Assembly: GCA_964016885.1 (NCBI GenBank)
Contig: CAXHJY010000964.1
Coordinates: forward strand, 81,892 to 145,891
Reading direction: 5' to 3'
Source of the DNA: Eledone cirrhosa
Lineage: Eukaryota
DNA length: 64,000 nucleotides
Part shown: positions 16,676 to 35,898 of the stretch, in pieces
How positions within the stretch are numbered: the stretch's first letter is position 1
How the letters are laid out: each line of letters opens with the position of its first letter
Program-made: the position numbers and the translations under genes
Notes under the pieces: model-generated
Databases searched by the model: none
The model's input: only the letters and a program-made list of their open reading frames with translations
What the model was told of the DNA's origin: nothing

Positions 16676-17768
16676 CACTAGAGAACAGTCAGGAACTAGA
16701 GAAAAACACAATGGAAAGCATCCAGCAAATAGCAAACTCCATCCACCAGAGCATTAGAGTTACTATAGACTACCCAAGTAAACACCCCAACCATCGATTA
16801 CCTTTACTAAACACAGAGCTCTGGTTAGATACCATTAACAACAAAAAACAAACCTCCATTCCCATTATGCCAAACCCATGACTTCCAAACATCTGATCCA
16901 CCGAAACTCGGACATTTCGGACCATACCAAAATCAACATACCGATTGTGGATTTGGTACGGGTGATGAGAAATGTGTCCCGCATGTGCAACCCCGAAGAA
17001 CTAGAGAGACACATACAACACTTCATCCACCGTATGCAGTTCTCTGGCTACAATCAGAGATATAGAATCAGAGTGTATAGAGGCGCCAGAACCAAATGGG
17101 AAAAAATGGTAAATAATGACATAAATGGGACGTGCACCTTGTATAGGAGCAAATTTTGGAATAGAATAGAAAGAACTAGGAACAAGGCTAATATAATAAA
17201 CTCATGGTATGATAGCAATAAATACCAGAGTGTAATGTTCATCGATACAACCCCTAGAGGCGAACTAGCTTACAAATTTAGAAGGGCCCTAAATAAACAT
17301 AAACTCAATATTAAGATAGTAGAAAGACCAGGTACCTCTGTAAAAACACTTATTAGCAATACATTCCTTTTTCAAAGACCCTCATGTATAGATAAGAAAT
17401 GTATAACCTGTAAAATAAGCCCCCATTTTAACTGTAAAACTAGAAATGTAGTGTATAGCATAAGATGTACTAAAGGACAATGTAGAGACAAAAATATAGT
17501 GTACATAGGTGAGACAGCTCGTAGTGTAGGGGAACGGATAAATGAACACTGGCGAGACCTTCAAGATAATAAAGAATCATCTGTACTCTACCAACATGCT
17601 AAGATAGAACACAAGGGTAAATTAGAGAACATAGAAATAAAAATAGAATCTACACACAGAAAAGACGCAATGTTTAGACAAATTACAGAGGCAATAAACA
17701 TAAAAGAACTACAACCAAAATTAAATAGAAAACATGAGCAGAACAGCTATATCACAACTTACAATTAA
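16676..17768 (+). pseudogene. PLE ORF C-terminal fragment (RT thumb + GIY-YIG endonuclease), frameshifted near 16850
   Basis: Contains NVVYSIRC...VYIGETAR and is highly similar to the C-terminus of 36053..40006. Confidence 0.9.
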
Positions 17769-17968
17769 GGACAAAATGAAAACACACACACACATAGAAC
17801 AAACAACCAACCAGTAATATGTAAATAAATAAATAGATAAATGAACATAAACACACACAGACACCCGGATGTGGCGCATGCGCAAACAGAGCACACAACA
17901 CACACACAGAAACAAAATGGCGTAGGACAGAACAAAGGAGAGGCACAGAAACAAAGAAAGGAATCCCC

Positions 17969-18013
17969 AGTCACTGAAGAGGTCACAGAGTGTGTGACGA
18001 AAGAACTATGACT
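17969..18013 (+). ncRNA. Minimal type I hammerhead ribozyme in PLE pLTR
   Basis: AGUCA-CUGAAGA-G-GUCACA(GAGUG)UGUGAC-GAAA-GAAC-UA-UGACU. Confidence 0.78.
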
Positions 18014-18223
18014 ATATATAAACAACTATCTGGTTGTAGAACCAACCAACCAACCAGAAATTTATAAATTTGTAAATTTATAAATATATAATAAATTGAA
18101 GTGAAAGCAACTGGTGCGTGTGTTTCTTATTGGCAACATGACCCTCCCAAGGTATAACAATATCGGTTTCAACACACGATTTCAGACAAAGAATCTTGCT
18201 AAACAAATTCAGAAACGAAATAT

Positions 18224-20320
<2,097 letters not shown>

Positions 20321-20552
20321 TCACTCAGTCAAACAACCAGATTTCAACCCCAACATCTACAACAACAACAACACCGGCACTAATGTTTACAGCAACAACA
20401 GCTTCAGAATGAACTGAAATGAACATTTACAACAATTACAACAACAACAACAGCGGCATCAAAACATAAAAAAAGGAAGGGAAAAGAAAAAAGAAAAGGG
20501 GAGGGGAAAAAAAAAAAAAAAAAAAGAAAGGAAAAAAAAAACTCAAAATAAC

Positions 20553-20555
<3 letters not shown>

Positions 20556-20646
<91 letters not shown>
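20556..20646. repeat. (CA)n microsatellite within an A/CAA-rich low-complexity stretch
   Basis: Seen directly. Confidence 0.95.
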
Positions 20647-20647
<1 letters not shown>

Positions 20648-21418
20648 CAGAACAACAACATCAACTGCCACCACCACCACCACCGCCACCGCCGTCGCCA
20701 TCACCATCACCAGCGACCTGGCCTTAAGAACAACTTTAATAATAATTTTTCTGCTTTTGGCACGGATCCGGCGACTGGCCAGCGCATCACTGGTACTCTC
20801 TTTTGTTGACTCCGTGGAGAGCCATAACTCTATGCTGTAAAGCAATTATAGTAATACTGGACTGTAATACGATCGGCTTCAACTATACAAACTCTTGAAA
20901 GTCAACAGTTGACATAATCTGGTAATCTTGTATCAGTAATGACGGTAATATATATATATATATGTGTGTGTGTGCGTGTAAGTGAGTAGAGTAGCGTGTG
21001 TGTGTGTTTGTTGTATGTATGAGTGTTGCTGTGTGCACGCATATGTATGCGTGTGTGTGTATGTCGTACGTATAAGTGTCAATAAGTAATTTTTTTTTTT
21101 TTTTTTTTTTTTTTTGCGCGGGGACATAGAAATAATCGGGCTGGATGCCCGATCGAGCAGTTAAACCACTGGGAGTGAAGAACCCCTAGCCCATGTCAGG
21201 GTATTCTTCTAGGAGAAGGCATCTCAGGAAACTGGGTTAACTCCGATATAAAACCTGCGGCTCAGTAGTTACCGATGATGTTGATCTTTTCTTCTTTTCG
21301 GGTTATAGCTACTGTCGCTCAGAGAGTGGGATTGGTTCAGTGCACAGTCTTTCCTCACTTTAAAAATATTCGTCACGCACAGGCATTGCACGAGTGCATT
21401 AATAATTATTAATAGTGT

Positions 21419-21453
<35 letters not shown>

Positions 21454-21490
21454 TATTATTACTTTTTTTTTTTTTTTTTTTCCCAATTCA

Positions 21491-24400
21491 ATGATGTTCC
21501 AGAACAATGTAAACGAGATAATTGCCAATTTGGGTTCTGGAACAAAAAAGATCATTGGCAATAAGGGCAGGGGCCCCAAGTTATCACAACCTGGGCCCGC
21601 CCGTCATCGTGCCATTGTAATAGAGCCAAACAGGGCATTTAGTCTTGGCTGCTGGAACGTACGGACGCTGCTTGACAGGGATTCTTTGGAGCGTCCTGAA
21701 CGAAGGACCGCTCTTGTTGCAAAGGAGCTTCGACGTTACGATCTTGACATCGTGGCTTTGTCTGAGACGAGGTTAGCTGGAGATGGTCATCTTACGGAAT
21801 TTTGTGGAGAATATACATTCTTCTGGAAAGGAAGAGATGAAGGAACCAGAAGAGAGGCTGGGGTAGGATTTGCTGTTAAGACTGTACTGGTGAATAAATT
21901 AGAAGAATTCCCAGTGGGGATTAGTGAGCGTCTTATGTCCATGAGAGTTCCGCTGGACAAGGGAAGATATGCTACCCTGGTGAGTGTGTATGCTCCAACT
22001 ATGAATTCTGTCGATGAAGAAAAACTGTCCTTTTACCATGCCTTGAAAGGTGTTTTAAGAAATATCCCTCAGGCAGACAAAGTCATCGTGCTTGGTGACT
22101 TTAATGCTAGAGTGGGTAGGGATTTTAACACATGGAATGTAATCGGAAGGCATGGGGTGGGAAAGTGTAACAGCAATGGTATGCTCTTGCTGCAGATGTG
22201 TGAGGAGCTGGATCTGTGTGTTACCAACACCATGTTCCAACAAAAGAACAAATTCAAGACCACATGGATGCATCCTGCATCTAAGGAATGGCATCTTTTG
22301 GACTACGTCCTAGTCAGGATGCGTGACAGACAGGATGTGCAGTGTGTTCGTGTTCTTCGTGGAGCTGAGTGCTGGACGGACCACCGCCTGGTACGCGCAA
22401 AAGTGAATCTAATCACCAAACGTAAAATCCGGGCTCCTGGTGTTACCCTGCCCAAAAGATTGAATGCTGCTCGTCTTAAGGATAAAAATGTGAAGAGGAC
22501 ATTGGAAGAAGAGATGCAGGCTGCAGATCTTGGTGAGGATTGGCCGACCCTTAAAAAGTCGGTTTATGATGTAGGCAGACGTGTTCTGGGATTGGTGCAG
22601 AGAAAACATCAGGACTGGTTTAATGAGAAAGATGTGCATATAGATGACTTGTTGGCTGATAAGAGGCGCGCTCTGTCACGCTACTTGACGGCAAAACCAC
22701 AGGAGAGGAATACGTTGCATGAGGAGCTCAGAGATGTAAAATCACGTGTTAGGCGGAGTCTTTCTCAGATGAAGGATCAGTGGTGGAGTGAGAAGGCTGG
22801 TGAGATACAAACTGCGTCTGATTGCAATAACACAAAGCTGTTGTACAGTCTCTTGCGTGAGGTTTATGGACCGTCTTCTTCTCTGGTGACACCGATTCGC
22901 AGCAAGGATGGCAAAGAACTTCTTCGTGACTCACAGGGAATTCTACGAAGGTGGCGAGAGCACTTTGATGATCTTTTGAATCAGCCGTCTGTCGTCAGTG
23001 AAGATTTCCTCAATCTCATTCCGGAAAGTCCTGTGAAAGTAGCTCTCGCAGAACCTCCGACACTTGTGGAGGTTGCAGTGGCTATTTCGAAGCTGAACAG
23101 TGGAAGATCTCCAGGTATGGATGGCATACATGCTGAGCTCCTACAATATGGTGGTGAGAGACTCCTGCAACATCTTCACTCTCTGTTTGGAAGGATATGG
23201 GCTAATGAATCCGTGCCTGAGGACTGGAGAGATGCAGTAATGGTGGTCTTGTACAAGGGAAAGGGTAACAGGAATGATTGTGGGAACTACAGAGGTATAT
23301 CATTGCTTTCTGTCGTGGGGAAAGTTTTATGTAGGGTGCTTCTGGACCGTCTGCTGACACACATTGCAGATTGTGTCCTTCCTGAAAGTCAATCTGGTTT
23401 TCGTGTTGGACGCGGCACTACTGATATGATCTTCTCAGCTAGACAGCTCCAGGAGAAGTGCATTGAACAGGGCTTGGATCTGTATCAGGTTTTTGTCGAT
23501 CTGACAAAGGCTTTCGATACTGTCAACAGAGATGCATTATGGAAGGTTCTCCAGAAACTTGGTTGCCCTGATAAGTTCCTTGCTTTAGTTAGGTCTTTCC
23601 ATGACGACATGAAGGCTTGGGTTAATGTCGGAGGTAACATGTCGGAGCCTATCTCAGTAAAAAATGGAGTAAAACAGGGGGATATTCCAGCACCGACCCT
23701 GTTTGCCATATACTTTGCAATGGTTTTCTGTATTGCATTCAGGAATTGCGAGCATGGTGTTTACATCCGATATCGAACCTCAGGCAGCATATTTAACATC
23801 AGGCGCTTTGCTGCGAAGACAAAAGTATTTACATCAGTCATAAGAGACCTCTTGTATGCAGATGATTGCGATCTTGTAGCGCACACAGAGAGTGATATGC
23901 AGCACATTTTGAATGTATTTTCTGACGCTTGCACTGCCCTGGGTTTGACTGTCAGTCTCAAGAAAACCGTCGTCATGTACCAACCTGCACCTGGTAGGCA
24001 GTACACTGAACCAAACATCTATGTGTATGGCAAACGACTTGGAGTGGTTGATCAGTTTGTCTACCTGGGAAGCACTGTCAATCAATACGGCAACCTTGAC
24101 AGTGAAATCTCACTTAGGATTAGGAAAGCAAGTGATGCTTTCGGAAAGCTAGAAAGGCGACTCTGGGGTCGGCGAGACATATGCAGGAGGACAAAGGTAA
24201 GGGTGTACAGGGCATGTGTACTCTCTTGTCTTCTTTATGCCTGCGAGACCTGGGTCACATATCGACGCCACCTTAAGCAATTGGAGCGTTTCCATCAGAT
24301 GTGTCTCAGACGGATACATGGCGTTCGCTGGAGGGACCACATCAGTGATGTCGAGATTTTGGAAAGCTCTGTGTGTGACAGTATAGAAGCTCTTGTGCTT

Positions 24401-25036
24401 AAGCAGCGACTCCGTTGGAGTGGTCACCTTGCCAGGATGAAGGATTCTAGAATACCAAAACAACTCTTCTATGGAGAGTTGGTTAAAGGAAAACGACCGC
24501 CACATAAACCAAAAAAGAGGTATAAGGATTCCTTGAAAGCCTCTCTGAAAGACGCTAACATCTCTGCTGATACATGGGAAAATATTGCTGCTGATCGTAA
24601 TAAATGGAGAAAGACTGTATATGAGGGAAAAGTTGCCTTTGAGGCATCTCGAATCGCACACGAGAAAGTAAAGCGGGACGTGAGGAAGGGTATTGCTGTT
24701 GCACTTCCAGACGGCGAGGGTCCTCCTATGTTTCTGACATGCAGCGTCTGTGCGAGACTCTGCCTAAGCAAAGCTGGACTCGAAAGTCATCTTCGCAGTC
24801 ATAAAGTAAGACCAGTGGTTGACTACCAGGCTGCTGTTGGAGATGCTACTCATCATGCTTGCCAAACATGTGGTAGAGAATGTAAATCAGCAGGAGGACT
24901 CAAGCGACATGCAAAAGTACACGAACTCCAACCACAGCCGACTATTCCCAGTAAATGTTTTGGTTGCCGACTCTGTGCAAGACATTTTAGATCATTGGCT
25001 GGGCTAAAAAGCCACATTCGATCGCAGCACTGTTAG
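21491..25036 (+). CDS. RTE LINE protein: AP endonuclease + reverse transcriptase + three C-terminal C2H2 zinc fingers (1181 aa)
   Basis: APE motifs WNVRTL, LSETR, GDFNARVG, LDY, TDH. RT motifs FVDLTKAFD, GVKQG, LLYADD. C2H2 motifs CSVC..HLRSH, CQTC..HAKVH, CRLC..HIRSQH. Confidence 0.96.
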   Translation: MMFQNNVNEIIANLGSGTKKIIGNKGRGPKLSQPGPARHRAIVIEPNRAFSLGCWNVRTLLDRDSLERPERRTALVAKELRRYDLDIVALSETRLAGDGHLTEFCGEYTFFWKGRDEGTRREAGVGFAVKTVLVNKLEEFPVGISERLMSMRVPLDKGRYATLVSVYAPTMNSVDEEKLSFYHALKGVLRNIPQADKVIVLGDFNARVGRDFNTWNVIGRHGVGKCNSNGMLLLQMCEELDLCVTNTMFQQKNKFKTTWMHPASKEWHLLDYVLVRMRDRQDVQCVRVLRGAECWTDHRLVRAKVNLITKRKIRAPGVTLPKRLNAARLKDKNVKRTLEEEMQAADLGEDWPTLKKSVYDVGRRVLGLVQRKHQDWFNEKDVHIDDLLADKRRALSRYLTAKPQERNTLHEELRDVKSRVRRSLSQMKDQWWSEKAGEIQTASDCNNTKLLYSLLREVYGPSSSLVTPIRSKDGKELLRDSQGILRRWREHFDDLLNQPSVVSEDFLNLIPESPVKVALAEPPTLVEVAVAISKLNSGRSPGMDGIHAELLQYGGERLLQHLHSLFGRIWANESVPEDWRDAVMVVLYKGKGNRNDCGNYRGISLLSVVGKVLCRVLLDRLLTHIADCVLPESQSGFRVGRGTTDMIFSARQLQEKCIEQGLDLYQVFVDLTKAFDTVNRDALWKVLQKLGCPDKFLALVRSFHDDMKAWVNVGGNMSEPISVKNGVKQGDIPAPTLFAIYFAMVFCIAFRNCEHGVYIRYRTSGSIFNIRRFAAKTKVFTSVIRDLLYADDCDLVAHTESDMQHILNVFSDACTALGLTVSLKKTVVMYQPAPGRQYTEPNIYVYGKRLGVVDQFVYLGSTVNQYGNLDSEISLRIRKASDAFGKLERRLWGRRDICRRTKVRVYRACVLSCLLYACETWVTYRRHLKQLERFHQMCLRRIHGVRWRDHISDVEILESSVCDSIEALVLKQRLRWSGHLARMKDSRIPKQLFYGELVKGKRPPHKPKKRYKDSLKASLKDANISADTWENIAADRNKWRKTVYEGKVAFEASRIAHEKVKRDVRKGIAVALPDGEGPPMFLTCSVCARLCLSKAGLESHLRSHKVRPVVDYQAAVGDATHHACQTCGRECKSAGGLKRHAKVHELQPQPTIPSKCFGCRLCARHFRSLAGLKSHIRSQHC

Positions 25037-25044
25037 TTGCTATC

Positions 25045-25082
<38 letters not shown>

Positions 25083-25161
25083 GCTTATGTGCGTGCGTGT
25101 GTGTGTATATATATATGAATATGTATATTATTATTGTTGTTGTCGTTATTATTATTATTGC

Positions 25162-25204
<43 letters not shown>

Positions 25205-25326
25205 GTTATTAATGTATGTGTGTATATATGTGTGAGTGTATGTGTATGTATGTGTGTGTGTATATATGTATGTATATGTATGTATGTGTGTGTGTATATA
25301 TATGTGTATATATATATATATGTATA

Positions 25327-25359
<33 letters not shown>

Positions 25360-25369
25360 CTTTTCCTTT

Positions 25370-25433
<64 letters not shown>

Positions 25434-25453
25434 TTTTTTTTTTTTTTTATTAT

Positions 25454-25487
<34 letters not shown>
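25045..25487. repeat. Mixed (TG)n, (ATT)n, (TA)n and poly-T block inside the RTE 3' UTR
   Basis: Lies between the RTE stop codon and the conserved terminal stem-loop. Confidence 0.85.
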
Positions 25488-25528
25488 TGTGCAATGGCCA
25501 TACTCGATAACGAGGGGGCAGCCATCAT

Positions 25529-28028
<2,500 letters not shown>

Positions 28029-30343
28029 ATTGGAATAAATGCTCTGAAATAGCGATATATATGTGAATATAGACATAGAATATTCGAAAATATTCTGTAT
28101 GTTTATAATAAACATTTTGAAGACCTAATCGCTATAGAATAGAATACGTCACGTATTACAATTAGATTCTCGATAAAAGCAAGGGAAGTAAGTCTACGCG
28201 TTTCATTCTTGTTAGAATTCATCAGGACTACATATCCAGTGCTTTTATCGAGAATGACACAGCTAGAGACTTATAGAATACTTAGCTGTGTACAGGAACT
28301 GGTTTGAAAGAGCGGTTGCCGGTCCGGCAGAAATTAGAAATTGGAATAAATGCTCTGAAATAGCGATATATATGTGAATATAGACATAGAATATTCGAAA
28401 ATATTCTGTATGTTTATAATAAACATTTTGAAGACCTAATCGCTATAGAATAGAATACGTCACGTATTACAATTAGATTCTCGATAAAAGCAAGGGAAGT
28501 AAGTCTACGCGTTTCATTCTTGTTAGAATTCATCAGGACTACATATCCAGTGCTTTTATCGAGAATGACACAGCTAGAGACTTATAGAATACTTAGCTGT
28601 GTACAGGAACTGGTTTGAAAGAGCGGTTGCCGGTCCGGCAGAAATTAGAAATTGGAATAAATGCTCTGAAATAGCGATATATATGTGAATATAGACATAG
28701 AATATTCGAAAATATTCTGTATGTTTATAATAAACATTTTGAAGACCTAATCGCTATAGAATAGAATACGTCACGTATTACAATTAGATTCTCGATAAAA
28801 GCAAGGGAAGTAAGTCTACGCGTTTCATTCTTGTTAGAATTCATCAGGACTACATATCCAGTGCTTTTATCGAGAATGACACAGCTAGAGACTTATAGAA
28901 TACTTAGCTGTGTACAGGAACTGGTTTGAAAGAGCGGTTGCCGGTCCGGCAGAAATTAGAAATTGGAATAAATGCTCTGAAATAGCGATATATATGTGAA
29001 TATAGACATAGAATATTCGAAAATATTCTGTATGTTTATAATAAACATTTTGAAGACCTAATCGCTATAGAATAGAATACGTCACGTATTACAATTAGAT
29101 TCTCGATAAAAGCAAGGGAAGTAAGTCTACGCGTTTCATTCTTGTTAGAATTCATCAGGACTACATATCCAGTGCTTTTATCGAGAATGACACAGCTAGA
29201 GACTTATAGAATACTTAGCTGTGTACAGGAACTGGTTTGAAAGAGCGGTTGCCGGTCCGGCAGAAATTAGAAATTGGAATAAATGCTCTGAAATAGCGAT
29301 ATATATGTGAATATAGACATAGAATATTCGAAAATATTCTGTATGTTTATAATAAACATTTTGAAGACCTAATCGCTATAGAATAGAATACGTCACGTAT
29401 TACAATTAGATTCTCGATAAAAGCAAGGGAAGTAAGTCTACGCGTTTCATTCTTGTTAGAATTCATCAGGACTACATATCCAGTGCTTTTATCGAGAATG
29501 ACACAGCTAGAGACTTATAGAATACTTAGCTGTGTACAGGAACTGGTTTGAAAGAGCGGTTGCCGGTCCGGCAGAAATTAGAAATTGGAATAAATGCTCT
29601 GAAATAGCGATATATATGTGAATATAGACATAGAATATTCGAAAATATTCTGTATGTTTATAATAAACATTTTGAAGACCTAATCGCTATAGAATAGAAT
29701 ACGTCACGTATTACAATTAGATTCTCGATAAAAGCAAGGGAAGTAAGTCTACGCGTTTCATTCTTGTTAGAATTCATCAGGACTACATATCCAGTGCTTT
29801 TATCGAGAATGACACAGCTAGAGACTTATAGAATACTTAGCTGTGTACAGGAACTGGTTTGAAAGAGCGGTTGCCGGTCCGGCAGAAATTAGAAATTGGA
29901 ATAAATGCTCTGAAATAGCGATATATATGTGAATATAGACATAGAATATTCGAAAATATTCTGTATGTTTATAATAAACATTTTGAAGACCTAATCGCTA
30001 TAGAATAGAATACGTCACGTATTACAATTAGATTCTCGATAAAAGCAAGGGAAGTAAGTCTACGCGTTTCATTCTTGTTAGAATTCATCAGGACTACATA
30101 TCCAGTGCTTTTATCGAGAATGACACAGCTAGAGACTTATAGAATACTTAGCTGTGTACAGGAACTGGTTTGAAAGAGCGGTTGCCGGTCCGGCAGAAAT
30201 TAGAAATTGGAATAAATGCTCTGAAATAGCGATATATATGTGAATATAGACATAGAATATTCGAAAATATTCTGTATGTTTATAATAAACATTTTGAAGA
30301 CCTAATCGCTATAGAATAGAATACGTCACGTATTACAATTAGA
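28029..30343 (-). mobile_element. Retrozyme family B: ~7.4 tandem, apparently identical 311-bp monomers, one hammerhead ribozyme per full monomer
   Basis: Period 311 (TGGAATAAAT at 28031, 28342, 28653...). Minus strand reads GUAGUC-CUGAUGA-AUUCU(AACA)AGAAU-GAAA-CGCG-UA-GACUUAC. (TA)n lies on both sides. Confidence 0.9.
28188..28231 (-). ncRNA. Minimal type I hammerhead ribozyme (first of 7 copies)
   Basis: Canonical core, 5-bp stem II, palindromic stem III ACGCGU, GUA cleavage triplet, stem I AGUC/GACU. Enclosed by a perfect 16-bp inverted repeat (28166-28181 / 28240-28255). Confidence 0.92.
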
Positions 30344-30345
30344 GT

Positions 30346-33327
<2,982 letters not shown>

Positions 33328-33541
33328 TCGTTTCTGAATTTGTTTAGCTAGATTCTTTATCTGAAATCGTGTGTTGAAACCGATATTGTTATACTTTGGG
33401 AGGGTCATGTTGCCAATAAGAAACACACGCACCAGTTGCTTTCACTTCAATTTAATTTAATATATATTTATAAATTTACAAATTTATAAATTTCTGGTTG
33501 GTTGGTTGGTTCCACAACCAGATAGTTGTTTATATATATAT

Positions 33542-33586
33542 AGTCATAGTTCTTTCGTCACACACTCTGTGACCTCTTCAGTGACT
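33542..33586 (-). ncRNA. Hammerhead ribozyme in the inverted pLTR
   Basis: Reverse complement of 35899-35943. Confidence 0.78.
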
Positions 33587-35805
33587 GGGGATTTCTTTCT
33601 TCGTTTCTGTGCCTTTCCTTTCTTCTATCCTACGCCATTTTGTTTGTGTGTGGGTTGCGTGCTCAGTTTGCGCATGCGCCACATCCGGGTGTCTGTGTGT
33701 GTTTGTGTTCATTTTTCTATTTTTCTATTTATATTTGTTTGTTTATTTATTTATTTATTGTTGGTTGGTTGTTTGTTCTATGTGTGTGTGTGTTTTCATT
33801 TTGTCTTGTGTGTGTTTTCATTTTGTGTGTGTTTTCAATTGTAAGTTGTTTATATATGTGTGTGTGTGTTTTCATTTTGTCCTTAATTGTAAGTTGTGAT
33901 GTTGCTGTTCCACTCATATTTTCTATTTAATTTTGGTTTTAATTCTTTTATGCTTACTGCCTCTGTAATTTGCCTAAACATTGCGTCTTTCTTGTGTGTG
34001 GATTCTATTTTTATTTCTATGCTCTCTAATTTACCCCTGTGTTCTATCTTAGCATGTTGGTAGAGCACAGATGATTCTTTACTATCTTGGAGGTCTCGCC
34101 AGTGTTCATTTATTCGTTCCCCTATACTACGAGCTGTCTCACCTATGTACACTATATTTTTGTTTCTACATTGTCCCTCAGTACATCTTATGCTATATAC
34201 TACATTTCTAGTTTTACAGTTAATATGGGGGCTTATTTTACAGGTTATACATTTCTTATCTATACATGAGGGTCTTTGGAACGGGTATGTCTTGCTAATA
34301 AGTGTTTTTACGGAGGTACCAGGTCTTTCTACTATCTTAATATTGAGATTATGTTTCTTTAGGGCCCTTCTGAATTTGTAGGCTAGTTCGCCTCTAGGGG
34401 TTGTATTGATGAACATTACACTCTGGTATTTATTGCTATCATACCATGAGTTTATTCTATTGGCCTTGTTCTTAGTTCTTTCTATTCTATTCCAAAATTT
34501 GCTCCTATACAAGGGGCAGGTCCCATTTATGTCATTATTTACCATTTTTTCCCATTTGGTTCTGGCTCCTTTATACACTCTGATTCTATCTCTCTGATTG
34601 TAGCCAGAGAACTGCATACGGTGGATGAAGTGTTGTATGTGTCTCTCTAGTTCTTCGGGGTTGCACATGCGGGACACATTTCTCATCACCCGTATCAAAT
34701 CCGCAATCAGTATGTTGATTTTGGTATGGTCCGAAATGGCCGAGTTTCGGTGGATCAGATGTTTGGAAGTCATGGGTTTGGCATAATGGGAATGGAGGAT
34801 TTGTTTTTGGTTGTTAATAGTATCTAACCAGAGCTCTGTGTCTAGTACAGGTAATCGATGGTTGGGGTGTCTACTTGGGTAGTCTATAGTAACTCTAATG
34901 CTCTGGTGGATGGAGTTTGCTATTTGCTGGATGCTTTCCATTGTAAATAATGACATAAATGGGACCTGCCCCTTGTATAGGAGCAAATTTTGGAATAGAA
35001 TAGAAAGAACTAAGAACAAGGCCAATAGAATAAACTCATGGTATGATAGCAATAAATACCAGAGTGTAATGTTCATCAATACAACCCCTAGAGGCGAACT
35101 AGCCTACAAATTCAGAAGGGCCCTAAAGAAACATAATCTCAATATTAAGATAGTAGAAAGACCTGGTACCTCCGTAAAAACACTTATTAGCAAGACATAC
35201 CCGTTCCAAAGACCCTCATGTATAGATAAGAAATGTATAACCTGTAAAATAAGCCCCCATATTAACTGTAAAACTAGAAATGTAGTATATAGCATAAGAT
35301 GTACTGAGGGACAATGTAGAAACAAAAATATAGTGTACATAGGTGAGACAGCTCGTAGTATAGGGGAACGAATAAATGAACACTGGCGAGACCTCCAAGA
35401 TAGTAAAGAATCATCTGTGCTCTACCAACATGCTAAGATAGAACACAGGGGTAAATTAGAGAGCATAGAAATAAAAATAGAATCCACACACAAGAAAGAC
35501 GCAATGTTTAGACAAATTACAGAGGCAGTAAGCATAAAAGAATTAAAACCAAAATTAAATAGAAAATATGAGTGGAACAGCAACATCACAACTTACAATT
35601 AAGGACAAAATGAAAACACACACACACATATATAAACAACTTACAATTGAAAACACACACAAAATGAAAACACACACAAGACAAAATGAAAACACACACA
35701 CACATAGAACAAACAACCAACCAACAATAAATAAATAAATAAACAAACAAATATAAATAGAAAAATAGAAAAATGAACACAAACACACACAGACACCCGG
35801 ATGTG

Positions 35806-35852
35806 GCGCATGCGCAAACTGAGCACGCAACCCACACACAAACAAAATGGCG
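35806..35852 (+). promoter_or_regulatory. Putative pLTR promoter module: NRF1-type GCGCATGCGC and YY1-type CAAAATGGCG motifs
   Basis: Consensus-like matches. Same order and position upstream of the hammerhead in the divergent PLE at ~61800-61895 (minus strand). Confidence 0.5.
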
Positions 35853-35898
35853 TAGGATAGAAGAAAGGAAAGGCACAGAAACGAAGAAAGAAATCCCC

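Larger units (their letters stand above)
16633..18223 (+). mobile_element. 5'-truncated Penelope-like element, family 1 copy A, with a short inverted arm (16633-~16678)
   Basis: Homologous to 38913-40506 and 36102-36162. The first ~45 bp are the reverse complement of the pLTR end (ATATTGTTATACTTTGGGAGGGT). Confidence 0.93.
21116..25528 (+). mobile_element. Apparently full-length RTE-clade LINE (5' boundary uncertain, may extend to ~20321)
   Basis: Single APE-RT ORF. 5' UTR motif CTAGGAGAAGG...GATATAAAACCTGC. 3'-terminal stem-loop TGGCCATACTCGATAACGAGGGGGCAGCCATCAT followed by (TA/TATG)n. Confidence 0.88.

Noticed and set aside
21090-21490. Poly-T tracts near the RTE 5' end as intron polypyrimidine tracts of a host gene
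   Set aside because: No adjacent AG acceptor or plausible exon. No host exon could be supported anywhere in the window.
28029-30343. CRISPR-like or plain satellite interpretation of the tandem arrays
   Set aside because: There are no unique spacers or cas genes, and the context is eukaryotic. Per-monomer hammerheads and dispersed insertions in (TA)n argue against a simple satellite.
33883-35602. ORFs 33883..35079 (-) and 34898..35602 (+) as stand-alone GIY-YIG genes
   Set aside because: They are truncated duplicates of the PLE ORF whose N-termini are created by reading across the inversion junction at 34943.
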